64,000 bases of DNA. It comes from an uncultured bacterium. GTDB lineage: Bacteria > Latescibacterota > UBA2968 > UBA8231. The notes under the pieces are model-generated. The model was not told where the DNA came from and did not search any database. It saw nothing but the letters and a program-made list of their open reading frames with translations. The stretch covers positions 10,611 through 74,610 of the forward strand of contig CAXGPR010000006.1 of the NCBI GenBank assembly GCA_964011675.1, read 5' to 3'. A program made the translations under genes and the position numbers. Every line of letters begins with the position of its first letter. Position 1 is the first letter of the stretch. Shown here piece after piece: positions 1-9,043 of the stretch.

Positions 1-689
1 GGGGGGCTGCCAAAGTGCATGGCAACGGGTCGGTCAAGGCGATTGCGAATTTGTCCATTGCCCGCGACGTCGCCCTGCGGAATAGGCGTCTCGATCATGG
101 CCACTTGCTCATACTGCTCTAGCGTCGAGAGAAACTCAACGGCGCTGGCCGCGTTCCCCAACGTAGCGTTAAAGTCGAGGTCTAGCTTGAACTGCGGCGG
201 TACGACCTTGATGATAGCGCCAATGGCGTTGTGCAGATCGTACCAGGTGCGCGCCTTGAGCTTGGCCGTCATATAGCCGGCTTTTACGGCGTCAGCACAC
301 TGGCGTGCCCAGTCCTTTGAAGGCATGTCCATAGCCCACCAAGAGAGCGGACACCAGTCGCGCACTTTGTTGCCGAGCAGCCTATAGGCCGGCGTTCCCA
401 GCTTCTTGCCAACGGCGTCAAAAAGTGCCATTTGCACGCCGGCGCCTAGCGCGTCGTCCCAGAGCAGATCCGCGGCCGTCTTGCCGACGATGCGATCTTC
501 TATATCGGTTGGAACTTTGGACCAGGTGTAGTTGGGAATGGTTTCTCCCCAACCGACTGTGCCGTCGTCCATGGTGATCTTGCACAGCTGGACAATGCGC
601 CAGTGAGGCAGCCAAAACTTCATGTGGGCGTTGGTATGGTTGGTGAAGGGGACGTCGATATGAGTCAGTTGGACAGATTTTATTCGCAT
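1..689 (-). CDS. Mandelate racemase/muconate lactonizing (enolase superfamily) enzyme, 3' end runs off the window
   Basis: Not in the ORF track; translated by hand from the ATG at 689 (GAGAGG RBS upstream): MRIKSVQLTHIDVPF...GTVGWGE...GVQMALFDAVGK.LG.PAY.LLG..VRD...AKLKAR...LDLDFN...IETP...PVAMH. Has the capping-domain motifs, the KxK motif and the D/E metal ligands; open to position 1. Confidence 0.85.
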   Translation of the reverse strand, partial: MRIKSVQLTHIDVPFTNHTNAHMKFWLPHWRIVQLCKITMDDGTVGWGETIPNYTWSKVPTDIEDRIVGKTAADLLWDDALGAGVQMALFDAVGKKLGTPAYRLLGNKVRDWCPLSWWAMDMPSKDWARQCADAVKAGYMTAKLKARTWYDLHNAIGAIIKVVPPQFKLDLDFNATLGNAASAVEFLSTLEQYEQVAMIETPIPQGDVAGNGQIRNRLDRPVAMHFGSP

Positions 690-727
690 GGTAACCTCTC
701 TTTGGGGGAGTGCAACTTCAGGCGAAA

Positions 728-756
728 TAGATAGCTGAGTCCAGAGAGGTTGTCAA
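728..756 (-). promoter_or_regulatory. Candidate sigma70 promoter for the enolase-family gene
   Basis: Minus strand reads TTGACA-N17-TATCTA about 40 nt upstream of the ATG. The -35 is perfect and the -10 is weak. Confidence 0.35.
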
Positions 757-882
757 GAACGGAAGGAAAAATGTAACAATGCGGTGCGTGCCGTGCAGCC
801 TTGGCGTATGTTCAATATCTATCAATAAAAGGCCGCGTGCGTAGGTCGCACGGTACGCGGATTTATTCATAAATTAGGCCCT

Positions 883-3003
883 ATGCAAATACGAGAGCTG
901 GCAGAGCGGATCCTCTTTGGAGATCGCTGGGAAGATAAATTAGTCGCGTTGGACCGATATGAAGATTCGGTGCCTGGTACTGCGTTTGTCGTGCCAGAGC
1001 GGCCGGGACGGCCCGTGGGCTTGGGCTTAGACGAGTGGCACGGTCGTGAGAAAATGCGCTTTCGCGACGTGGGTAAGTTGCACTCGGAAAGAGAGCGCGG
1101 TCTGGTTTTACACTTTTTTGCCAACCACGAGCTGCTCGCCCTCGAGCTTATGGCGCTCGCATTGCTGAAGTTCCCCGATGCGCCGCAGAAATTTCGCCGC
1201 GGGGTAGTAAAAACGCTAAAGGACGAGCAGGAGCACGTGCGCATGTACCGGCGGCGCATGGACGAGATCGGCGTGGAGTTTGGGCAGATCCCGGTCAGCG
1301 ATTACTTCTGGAAAGCGATAGCACCGATGCGCAGTCCGAGCGACTTTGTCACTGGCTTGAGTTTGACGCTAGAGCAGGCTAACCTCGACTACGCCGTCCA
1401 CTACGCAGGGGTTTACGAGGGGCTTGGTGATGAATCGACGGCTGCGATTCTCAGACAGATTTACAAGGACGAAATAAGCCATGTTAAACACGGCTTGGTC
1501 TGGTTTGAGCGCTGGCGCAGCGCTGAACAGACGCAGTGGGATGCCTATCGAGAAGTCCTGCCCGAACCCCTGAGTCCAGCGCGTGCAAAGGGAATCGGCT
1601 TTAATCGCGAAGGGCGATGCAAGGTGGGCTTTGACCGTGCGTATATCGACGAGTTAGAGGTTTTTTCGCGCTCGCGTGGACGCTGTCCGAACGCGTTCTG
1701 GTTTAATCCAAACTGCGAGGGAGAAGTTGCTGCGGGTCGCCCGGGAGACTTGGCCTCCAAGCAGATCCGCCAGCTGGCGAAAGATCTGCGCGCGCTACCC
1801 ATGCTCTACTGTGCTCAGGACGATGTCGTGCTAGTAGAGCGTCGGCCGAGTATAGAATTTCTTCGCACCCTGCGCGCGCTGGGCTTTACCGTTCCCGAGT
1901 TTGTCGAGTGCGACAGTGGAACTATGGCATTGGAATCGCTCGTTGAACGCAAACTGCACGGAGTGCGTCCGTGGGGTTGGAGTCCACAGAGCGCAGCTTT
2001 TTTTGCACCGCTTGCGGATCAACTCGCAACGGGTGAAACGCTGGGCTGGCAGCCGGAGTGGCGCGCACTCTATTCAAAGGCGTGGAGCGCGGATCACCTG
2101 CGGAACTTTATGGATGAAGCCGGTGAAGATTGGATGTGTGGCACGGAAGTCATCGGAAACATTTGTCAGAGTGTAGATGGAGTCGAGTCCGCATTAGCGC
2201 ACTGGACGGATTGGGACGACGTGGTGATCAAAGCTGCAATCGAATCGTCGGGTCGCGGACAGATCCACGCACGCGGCGGACGATTGCGCAGCCAGCAGCG
2301 CGGTTGGTTAGAGAATGTGCTGGCGCGGCACGGGCAGGTTGTGGTGGAACCCTGGTTAGACAAGGTGCTCGATCTCTCACTGCACTTTGACATTGACGTA
2401 GATGGTCAGGTGCACGTAGCCGGATGGACACGTTTTTTTACCGATCAGCGCGGACAGTACCGCGGAACCTTTGTCGGCCAGATGGTAGCCGGTTTAGACG
2501 ATGAGACCAAAAAGTTTCTCTATGGCGACGGCCGCGATCCGAGCCGACTGCGCCGTTTGGGCGAGCAGCTGAGCGCCCACCTCGGGTCGTCGCTCGTTGA
2601 GGTGGGCTACGTCGGGCCCGTTTGCGTCGATGCTCTGGTCTATCGAAGTCGGGGAGGTCTACGTTTTAAACCCATCGTCGAGATCAATCCGCGCACCAGT
2701 ATGGGGCGCGTTGCGCTGTCGCTGCGGCAGCGCGTCAACTCGGCGCGCACGGCGCTCTGGCTCGTGGTTACGGCGCGCGAGGCCCAGGCCGCAGGCTACG
2801 CCAGTTTAGCCGAATGGGCCGCCGAATTTGAGACGGTCTGGCCGGCTCGTTTGGCAGATGACGGTGCTCAGGTTGGCGAGGGCGCACTCTTTGTTACAGA
2901 TCCTGCTCAGGCCGGTGCGTGCGCCGGCCTCTTACTCGTCGATCAGACCCTGTTGGGATGCCGTCAGCGCGCGTTGGAAGTGGGGCTGGATATCGGCGTT
3001 TAA
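883..3003 (+). CDS. DUF455-type ferritin-like diiron domain fused to a pre-ATP-grasp/ATP-grasp domain
   Basis: N-terminal ~260 aa has the ferritin-like ligand pattern NHELLALE (E83/E88), DEQEH (E115/H118), LEQ (E164), DEISH (E197/H200). C-terminal part has ATP-grasp-like motifs PWGWSP, VVIKAAIESSGRG, VVEPWLDKVLDLSLHF, GPVCVD and VEINPR. Confidence 0.75.
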   Translation: MQIRELAERILFGDRWEDKLVALDRYEDSVPGTAFVVPERPGRPVGLGLDEWHGREKMRFRDVGKLHSERERGLVLHFFANHELLALELMALALLKFPDAPQKFRRGVVKTLKDEQEHVRMYRRRMDEIGVEFGQIPVSDYFWKAIAPMRSPSDFVTGLSLTLEQANLDYAVHYAGVYEGLGDESTAAILRQIYKDEISHVKHGLVWFERWRSAEQTQWDAYREVLPEPLSPARAKGIGFNREGRCKVGFDRAYIDELEVFSRSRGRCPNAFWFNPNCEGEVAAGRPGDLASKQIRQLAKDLRALPMLYCAQDDVVLVERRPSIEFLRTLRALGFTVPEFVECDSGTMALESLVERKLHGVRPWGWSPQSAAFFAPLADQLATGETLGWQPEWRALYSKAWSADHLRNFMDEAGEDWMCGTEVIGNICQSVDGVESALAHWTDWDDVVIKAAIESSGRGQIHARGGRLRSQQRGWLENVLARHGQVVVEPWLDKVLDLSLHFDIDVDGQVHVAGWTRFFTDQRGQYRGTFVGQMVAGLDDETKKFLYGDGRDPSRLRRLGEQLSAHLGSSLVEVGYVGPVCVDALVYRSRGGLRFKPIVEINPRTSMGRVALSLRQRVNSARTALWLVVTAREAQAAGYASLAEWAAEFETVWPARLADDGAQVGEGALFVTDPAQAGACAGLLLVDQTLLGCRQRALEVGLDIGV

Positions 3004-3010
3004 AGCAGCC

Positions 3011-4138
3011 CTACTGTTCGGGCGGATGGTTTTTCTCTACGCGGTATACTCTGTCGACGTCTTCCCACCACTCGATTTGTGGCAGCGCTGCTCCATACAG
3101 AGTCGTTTGTCCAACGATGGGCGTGGCCACTTGGATGCCAGCAGTCTCGGCGGCTGTCTTCAGGCGCTGCATCGGCTCATACCAAGGATGGAGTGCCAGG
3201 TTTAACGTGCCCCAGTGTATGGGATGAAGCACGTCGCCGCGCAGGTCGAGGTGGGCCTGCACGCTTTCTTCGGGAAACATGTGCACGTAGCGCCAGCGCT
3301 CGTTGTAGGCACCGCACTCGACAAAGGTCATGTTGAAGGGGCCGTAGCGCCTCCCTATTTGTGCAAAGCCGTCAAAGTAACCCGAGTCTCCGCTGATGTA
3401 TATGCGGTGCTGCGGGCCTTCTACGACCCACGAAGTCCACAACGTCCTGTTGCGATCGGTTAGGCCGCGACCGGAAAAATGCTGAGCGGGCGTCGAGACG
3501 ATGTTGAGGCTGTCTCTTATCGACAGGCTTTCCCACCAGTCCAATTCGCGGATTTTTCCTCGCTCTACGCCCCATTGCGCCAAGCGATTGCCCACACCTA
3601 GACCCGTGATGAATAGCGAAGTTTTTTCGTCCAGTGCCTGGATCGAAGATTTGTTTAAATGGTCGTAGTGATCGTGTGAGATGAGCACGGCATCAACGGA
3701 AGGCAACTGCGCTATGGACAGGGGAACATCGCCGTTGTAGCGAGTAGGTCCCAGAGGAGATACGCGCTTGGCAAACACGGGATCGGAGAGCAGTCTAAAT
3801 CCATCGACATTGAGCAGGAGAGAAGAATGTCCTAGCCAGGTAGCGCTCAGGTGATTGGGGCCTGGGTGCAGGAACGCGCTCAGGTCGACCTGCTGTTTGG
3901 GCAGGGGTCTATTGGGTTCTCGTTCTTCACTGCTAAAGAGAAATTTGGGTATCATGGTGAGGCCGTCCTTCAGGGCGATCGGCGGTCTTTCTTCAGGATT
4001 ACTGAACGTGCCGTCGCTATACTGAGGAGATGTTTCCCACCGGGCTCTCTGCGCCTTCTCGCTCTGTGTCAGCCACGCAGAGCACGCTGTAAATAGGGCT
4101 ATAAACAGCAGACTCAAGGGTAGGAGTAGGCGCTTCAT
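3011..4138 (-). CDS. MBL-fold metallo-hydrolase, NAPE-PLD/RomA-like, with N-terminal signal or anchor
   Basis: TWLGHSS, SDPVF, ISHDHYDHL, PAQHFSGRG, SGDSGY, PIHWGT; hydrophobic N-terminus ending in LFTAC (possible lipobox). Confidence 0.85.
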   Translation of the reverse strand: MKRLLLPLSLLFIALFTACSAWLTQSEKAQRARWETSPQYSDGTFSNPEERPPIALKDGLTMIPKFLFSSEEREPNRPLPKQQVDLSAFLHPGPNHLSATWLGHSSLLLNVDGFRLLSDPVFAKRVSPLGPTRYNGDVPLSIAQLPSVDAVLISHDHYDHLNKSSIQALDEKTSLFITGLGVGNRLAQWGVERGKIRELDWWESLSIRDSLNIVSTPAQHFSGRGLTDRNRTLWTSWVVEGPQHRIYISGDSGYFDGFAQIGRRYGPFNMTFVECGAYNERWRYVHMFPEESVQAHLDLRGDVLHPIHWGTLNLALHPWYEPMQRLKTAAETAGIQVATPIVGQTTLYGAALPQIEWWEDVDRVYRVEKNHPPEQ

Positions 4139-4157
4139 ATTCCTATCTCGTTACCGT

Positions 4158-4559
4158 TTATGGGCAAAAGAGCGCATCGAGTTTAGCGGGAAAACCGGGC
4201 CGTCCATTGCTATTTAAGCAGGTGCCCACAAAGCGCCCTTGCAGAATTAGGGTGCCGTCGCCGCGGCGTATCTCCTGTGCGAAGACAAAGCGGACGCGTC
4301 CCTGGCGTTCGGCGCGCAGATAAACGGTGAATGCGTCCCCGCTGCGCAGGGGATGTTTGTAGTCGAGCTCGCAGCGCGTGATAACGAGATCGTGTCCTTC
4401 TCTGTGCAGTTGGGCAAAGTCGAATCCGCACGAGCGCAGAAATTGGTGGCGAGCGTGCTCGAGGTAGTTTTGATATACGGCGTTGTTGACGATGCCCTGC
4501 AGGTCGCACTCGTAGTCGCGGACGCTAAAATCGAGCGTAAAGGTGTGATTTGTAGTCAC
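4158..4559 (-). CDS. Hotdog-fold acyl-CoA thioesterase (4HBT/YbgC family)
   Basis: VRDYECDLQGIVNNAVYQNYLEHAR and LDYKHPLRSGD motifs; 133 aa. Confidence 0.9.
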   Translation of the reverse strand: MTTNHTFTLDFSVRDYECDLQGIVNNAVYQNYLEHARHQFLRSCGFDFAQLHREGHDLVITRCELDYKHPLRSGDAFTVYLRAERQGRVRFVFAQEIRRGDGTLILQGRFVGTCLNSNGRPGFPAKLDALFCP

Positions 4560-4571
4560 GTGAACCTCCGT

Positions 4572-5474
4572 TTAGAGCGGAATGTAGATCAATGCGTAAA
4601 GCGCAGCGAGTGCGAAAGAGACGGCCGGGGCGATGAGTAGACCCGTGAGCCACAGCGTGGCGCGTGCGGACTGATGGCTCGCTGGCAGGAGGAAAAGTGC
4701 GCCCGCCAAGGGCAATGCTGGCAGGTATAAGACTGCACGGGGCACGTCGCTCGTATAGAGAAAGAGATGCGTTAGCAGGCCGAGTGCGATGGCGATTGCG
4801 GCCGCTTTTGGCACGCCCCAAAGGGCGGCTAAGGTGCGTTTCCCCGCGCGCTGATCGGCCTCTGCATCGGGCAGGGTAAAGGCAATTGCTGCGGCGGTTT
4901 GTAAGTAAATGTATGCGGCTATTAGCGCAATGATAGACAGGGGGTTTTCGCCGGGGTGGAGTGCGGGAAGACGCCCCGTCTGTACGTAAAAGCCGGCTAC
5001 GGGTAAAATGCACCCGACGCCTAGCGCCTGTAGGATTTCGCCGCCGCCGCGGTAGTTCAGGCGCAGCGGTGGTAGGCTGTAGGACCAGAGCAGGAAAAGG
5101 CCACAGACAAAGAGAAAGGGCGCGAGCGGGCGGTCGTGCGCCGCGGCTAATAGCAGACCGAGTGCGAGCACGGCAACCCCGGAAAACAGTCCTGCGCGCA
5201 GTAAAGTAGTAGGCTCAATACGCCGTTCTACGAGCACGCGCGAGCCGCCAGAAAAGAGCGTCGGCGTCTCGTTGAGAGTATCGGCCTGCTTATCGGCCCA
5301 GTCGTTGAGGAATACGATAAAGAGCTGCATCGCCAAGCCGTATAGAGCTAGCAGCAGGCAGAGCTGTGCGGAGACGGCGCCATACATGGCGTAGGCAAGG
5401 GTCTGACCGAATAATAGCGGGAGCTGCAGATTGACAGCAGAGGGTAAACGCGCTGCCTGTAGCCAGGCGCGCAT
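4572..5474 (-). CDS. UbiA-family prenyltransferase, MenA-like
   Basis: NDWADKQAD...SGGSRVL and PDAEADQRAGKRTLA Asp-rich motifs, multiple TM helices. Start moved to the ATG at 5474, which overlaps the upstream TGA (TGATG). Confidence 0.75.
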   Translation of the reverse strand: MRAWLQAARLPSAVNLQLPLLFGQTLAYAMYGAVSAQLCLLLALYGLAMQLFIVFLNDWADKQADTLNETPTLFSGGSRVLVERRIEPTTLLRAGLFSGVAVLALGLLLAAAHDRPLAPFLFVCGLFLLWSYSLPPLRLNYRGGGEILQALGVGCILPVAGFYVQTGRLPALHPGENPLSIIALIAAYIYLQTAAAIAFTLPDAEADQRAGKRTLAALWGVPKAAAIAIALGLLTHLFLYTSDVPRAVLYLPALPLAGALFLLPASHQSARATLWLTGLLIAPAVSFALAALYALIYIPL

Positions 5475-6796
5475 CAGCGCAGGGTAAACCTGGAGAGCAC
5501 GGCGGCGTGGTCGCTGGGCCACTGAACGCGGTGTTGGCTGAGTACCTGTGCTTCTAGGGCGTGCAGGTGGGCCGATCGGTAGTACACGTAGTCAATGCGA
5601 TCTTGCCAGCTGTTTGGGTTGCGCGGCGTCCAGGTGTGGCCCGGCTCGGCAATGGGGTCGGGGTGGACCTGCCGATAAGCGTCTGTGAAGCCGGCCTTGG
5701 CCATATACGCACTGACGGGCCATTCCACCGCCATATTGCAGTGCAGTGAACTGGCAGACTGAGTCCAGTCCAGGTGTGAGGGGCTGTTGAAATCGCCCGC
5801 GATAATAAGCGGTTCGGCATCGTTTAGGTGGGGCTGTAACGCTTCGAGAATAGTCTGCATCTCGCTGGCCCGCGTTTCGTGCTCGGCCTCTATCAGGCCC
5901 TCGGGCGTTGCCTCGTCGCGCTGTACGTCGTTACAAAAGTCGGGTAGATAGTGGAGCCACAGGCTGAACAGCTTGAGGGTGCGTTCAGCGCCTAGCGCTA
6001 GCGTTGCACCCCCTAGGTTAAACGGGCGAAACAGGTCGTGGTGTCCTATAGCAGGATAGCGGCTGATAATGGATAGATTTGACGAACGCAGGTAAAGGTG
6101 ATAGCCGAGTGCATCGGCAATGCGCGGACCCGATCCGTAGGTCTCCTGCATCGCGACGATATCTGCTCCGCTGTCGCGGATGCATTCAACAACCCGTTCC
6201 ACGCCTTCGTCGATGCCATCTTCGCGTCCTCCGTTCCATATGTTCCATGCCAGAACGCGCAGCGGTTCGCCCGGGGCGTGGGTTGGATAGGAAGCGGCTT
6301 GGCGTCCGTCACACTGCTGGTAGCGTTGAGCGATTTCCTCGGGTGAGTGCACGGTATCCCACCGCTGGAACTCTTCTACGTGCAGGTCAGGTGAGTCCGA
6401 AGGTTTGACGGGAGCACCGTAGGTTGGCTCCAAGCCAGTCAGCGAATAGAGCGCAACCTGTCGCCCGTCAAAATAGAGGTGTGCTTGATCGGTGTTTGCA
6501 TCAACTGAAAAGGCGATCAGATGCCACGAGCCGTCGTCTATGCGCTGAGAAGTCGTTGGTTGGTAGTCGAGCCGGTGCTTTCCATCTCCGAGGTTCCACG
6601 CCCATGCCCCGTTGGGCTGTAGGGCAATCGCCCAGCCCGGCAGCTGTCCGCTCGTGCGCGAGAAGCCGTAGTTAGAGCGCTCCGTATAGTCGCGTATTTC
6701 TCCGCTGTACCAGTCTTTGTTGCTGGCGATGGTCGGATAGTCTGCCGCCGGTGCGTTGGCTCGCGCCCAGAGCGCTATGGTAAAACGCGTTTCCAT
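5474..6796 (-). CDS. Endonuclease/exonuclease/phosphatase (EEP) family protein with N-terminal LamG/ConA-like domain
   Basis: N-terminus FTIALWAR...DGSWHLIAFSVD...LYFDG (LamG); C-terminus LAWNIWNGG, DIVAMQE, IIAGDFNS, RIDYVY, PSDHAAV (EEP catalytic motifs). Confidence 0.85.
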   Translation of the reverse strand: METRFTIALWARANAPAADYPTIASNKDWYSGEIRDYTERSNYGFSRTSGQLPGWAIALQPNGAWAWNLGDGKHRLDYQPTTSQRIDDGSWHLIAFSVDANTDQAHLYFDGRQVALYSLTGLEPTYGAPVKPSDSPDLHVEEFQRWDTVHSPEEIAQRYQQCDGRQAASYPTHAPGEPLRVLAWNIWNGGREDGIDEGVERVVECIRDSGADIVAMQETYGSGPRIADALGYHLYLRSSNLSIISRYPAIGHHDLFRPFNLGGATLALGAERTLKLFSLWLHYLPDFCNDVQRDEATPEGLIEAEHETRASEMQTILEALQPHLNDAEPLIIAGDFNSPSHLDWTQSASSLHCNMAVEWPVSAYMAKAGFTDAYRQVHPDPIAEPGHTWTPRNPNSWQDRIDYVYYRSAHLHALEAQVLSQHRVQWPSDHAAVLSRFTLR

Positions 6797-6881
6797 AGGG
6801 GAAATAATACGTCGCTTGTTGGGTAAAGGCCAGTTGGCTATTTTGTGCCGCTCGTGCAGTGATTAAAAGAGAGGGGTTAGC

Positions 6882-7844
6882 ATGTTTAAGATTTCCGTAT
6901 GGCACGGCAATTTGTCTGAGGACTATTTGCGCTTTGTAACGCAGCTCGGCGTCGACTGTTTAGACTTTGGTCAGGGCGATTTTTTCCCCGGAGTTAAGGA
7001 ACAGGGATACCCCGATCTGGACGCGCTGCTGAAGATCAAAAAAAAGGTTCGCTCTTGGGGGCTGGATATCAATCGCGTCACGCTGCCCGATATGACCGAA
7101 TGCTTTATGAAGGGAGAAGATGGCGGCGAAATCGAACTGGAAAACGCTAGCAATGCGCTGCGCGTTTTTGCCGAAGCTGGCGTCCCCATTGCGCGCCAGC
7201 GCGTGGCTGGCGACGTATTTCCGTGGATGTCCAGACGGTGGAACGCACCGCACCGGGGTGGCTACCGCTATCGCTCGGAGAGCGTGGCGCTGGCCGAGGA
7301 GAACAAGGGACCGCCTTCGCCGGAAGAGCTAGATGAGTGGTGGCAGCGCTTTTGCACCCTTTATGAGCGGCTAGTGCCCATTGCTGAAGACGGCGATATC
7401 AAGTTGGCGATGCACCCTTCTGACGCCCCTTTTCCCGACACGCCTCTCGGTAGTCTGGGATATCACCGGGTGATCGATGCGTTTCCCAGTAAACAGGTCG
7501 GCTATCTCTACTGCTGCGGCACGCGTGCGCAGGCCGGCGGCTCGCCGCTAGTGTTAGATGAATTACATAACTACGGTCGCAAAGGTCGGCTCTTTATGAT
7601 TCACCTGCGCAACGTGCGTGGTTCGCTGGCCACGGCTGGAGGTTTTGAGGAAGTCTTGCTTGACGACGGCGATATGAATCCGGCCAAAATTCTGCTGGAA
7701 CTGCGGCGCGTGGGGTTTGATGGCTGTATTAATCCCGACCACATACCGACGCTGGAAGGCGACGAAGGCACACTGACAAAAGGCATGGCCTACAGCGTGG
7801 GCTATTTAAAGGCACTCTTTGCGGCCATGGCGGTAATCGAATGA
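6882..7844 (+). CDS. Mannonate dehydratase (UxuA)-like TIM-barrel protein
   Basis: LAMHPSDAP, IHLRNVRG, FEEVLLDDGDMN, GFDGCINPDHIP, AYSVGYLKAL. Confidence 0.75.
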   Translation: MFKISVWHGNLSEDYLRFVTQLGVDCLDFGQGDFFPGVKEQGYPDLDALLKIKKKVRSWGLDINRVTLPDMTECFMKGEDGGEIELENASNALRVFAEAGVPIARQRVAGDVFPWMSRRWNAPHRGGYRYRSESVALAEENKGPPSPEELDEWWQRFCTLYERLVPIAEDGDIKLAMHPSDAPFPDTPLGSLGYHRVIDAFPSKQVGYLYCCGTRAQAGGSPLVLDELHNYGRKGRLFMIHLRNVRGSLATAGGFEEVLLDDGDMNPAKILLELRRVGFDGCINPDHIPTLEGDEGTLTKGMAYSVGYLKALFAAMAVIE

Positions 7845-9043
7845 GTGAAAAGAAAAAGATTGCGGCAATCGTTACCGAATACCGTCCTCGTTCGCACGCC
7901 GACGTAATCGTTACCAAGTTTTTACACGGCTTTCCCACCGACGACGGATTGAAGGCTCCGCGCGTGGAGATCGCTTCGCTTTACCTAGACCAGATACCCG
8001 AAAATGACATAGGTGTTGAGATAGCCCAAACGCACGGCGTGCCCGTATACGACAGTATTAACGCAGCAATGTGTTTGGGTGAGGGGGCACTAGCCGTAGA
8101 CGGCGTGCTACTTATCGGTGAGCACGGGGACTACGCGTGGAACGAGAAGGAGCAGCACCTCTATCCGCGCCGCTATTTCATGGAGCAGATTTGCGGAGCG
8201 ATGGCAACGGCCGGGCGCGCCGTGCCTGTTTTTAACGACAAGCACCTGTCGTACAACTGGTCGGATGCCCAGTGGATGTATAATCGGGCCAGGGAGCTCA
8301 ATGCGCCTTTTATGGCCGGCTCGTCGCTGCCGGTGGGCTGGCGTTCGCCGTGGTTAGAACATCCGCTGGATAGTCCGCTAGAGGAATCAGTGGCCATTGG
8401 TTTTTCAGGCTTGGATATTTATGGATTTCACACGCTCGAGGTGCTGCAGTGCATGGCAGAGCGCCGTCGGGGCGGTGAGACGGGCGTGGCCGCGGTGACC
8501 TGCTTAGAGGGGGAAGCCGTATGGAAAGCCGCTGCCGACGGACTGTTTTCACTCAATCTGGCCGAGGCGGCCTGCGCTGAGATAGAAAACAAACCCGATG
8601 GAACGATGCAGAAACACTGCGAGAACCCCGCGCTCTTTTTGGTGGAATATCGCGATGGATTTAAAGGGTCGGTCCTCATGCTCAATGGCTACGTGACCGA
8701 TTTGGCCTATGCCGGACGGGTGGACGGTCAAATAGAGGCCTGTGAGTTTTATCTGCAGGGGCACGGCGGTGAGAGCGGTGCCTACGCACATTTCAGCTAT
8801 CTCTCGCTCAATGCCGAGGAAATGTTCGTTACCGACAAACCGCAGTATCCGGTCGAGCGCACGCTGTTGACCAGCGGAATACTGGAAGCAGCACTCGATT
8901 CTCGCTATCGCGGTCACGTGCGATTGGAGACGCCGTGGTTAGATACGTCCTATCGTTCGTACGACGATTTCACCTGGCGGCCGCGCGGCCAGCGCCCGGC
9001 TGGAGCCTGTCTCGACGACTTCCCTCCGACGGGAGGTGCCTAA
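7841..9043 (+). CDS. Conserved hypothetical protein, Gfo/Idh/MocA-like fold suspected
   Basis: IAAIVTEYRPRSHADVI, AVDGVLLIGEHGDY, VPVFNDKHLS, FMAGSSLP, IYGFHTLE; ATGA overlap with the upstream gene. Confidence 0.6.
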   Translation: MSEKKKIAAIVTEYRPRSHADVIVTKFLHGFPTDDGLKAPRVEIASLYLDQIPENDIGVEIAQTHGVPVYDSINAAMCLGEGALAVDGVLLIGEHGDYAWNEKEQHLYPRRYFMEQICGAMATAGRAVPVFNDKHLSYNWSDAQWMYNRARELNAPFMAGSSLPVGWRSPWLEHPLDSPLEESVAIGFSGLDIYGFHTLEVLQCMAERRRGGETGVAAVTCLEGEAVWKAAADGLFSLNLAEAACAEIENKPDGTMQKHCENPALFLVEYRDGFKGSVLMLNGYVTDLAYAGRVDGQIEACEFYLQGHGGESGAYAHFSYLSLNAEEMFVTDKPQYPVERTLLTSGILEAALDSRYRGHVRLETPWLDTSYRSYDDFTWRPRGQRPAGACLDDFPPTGGA

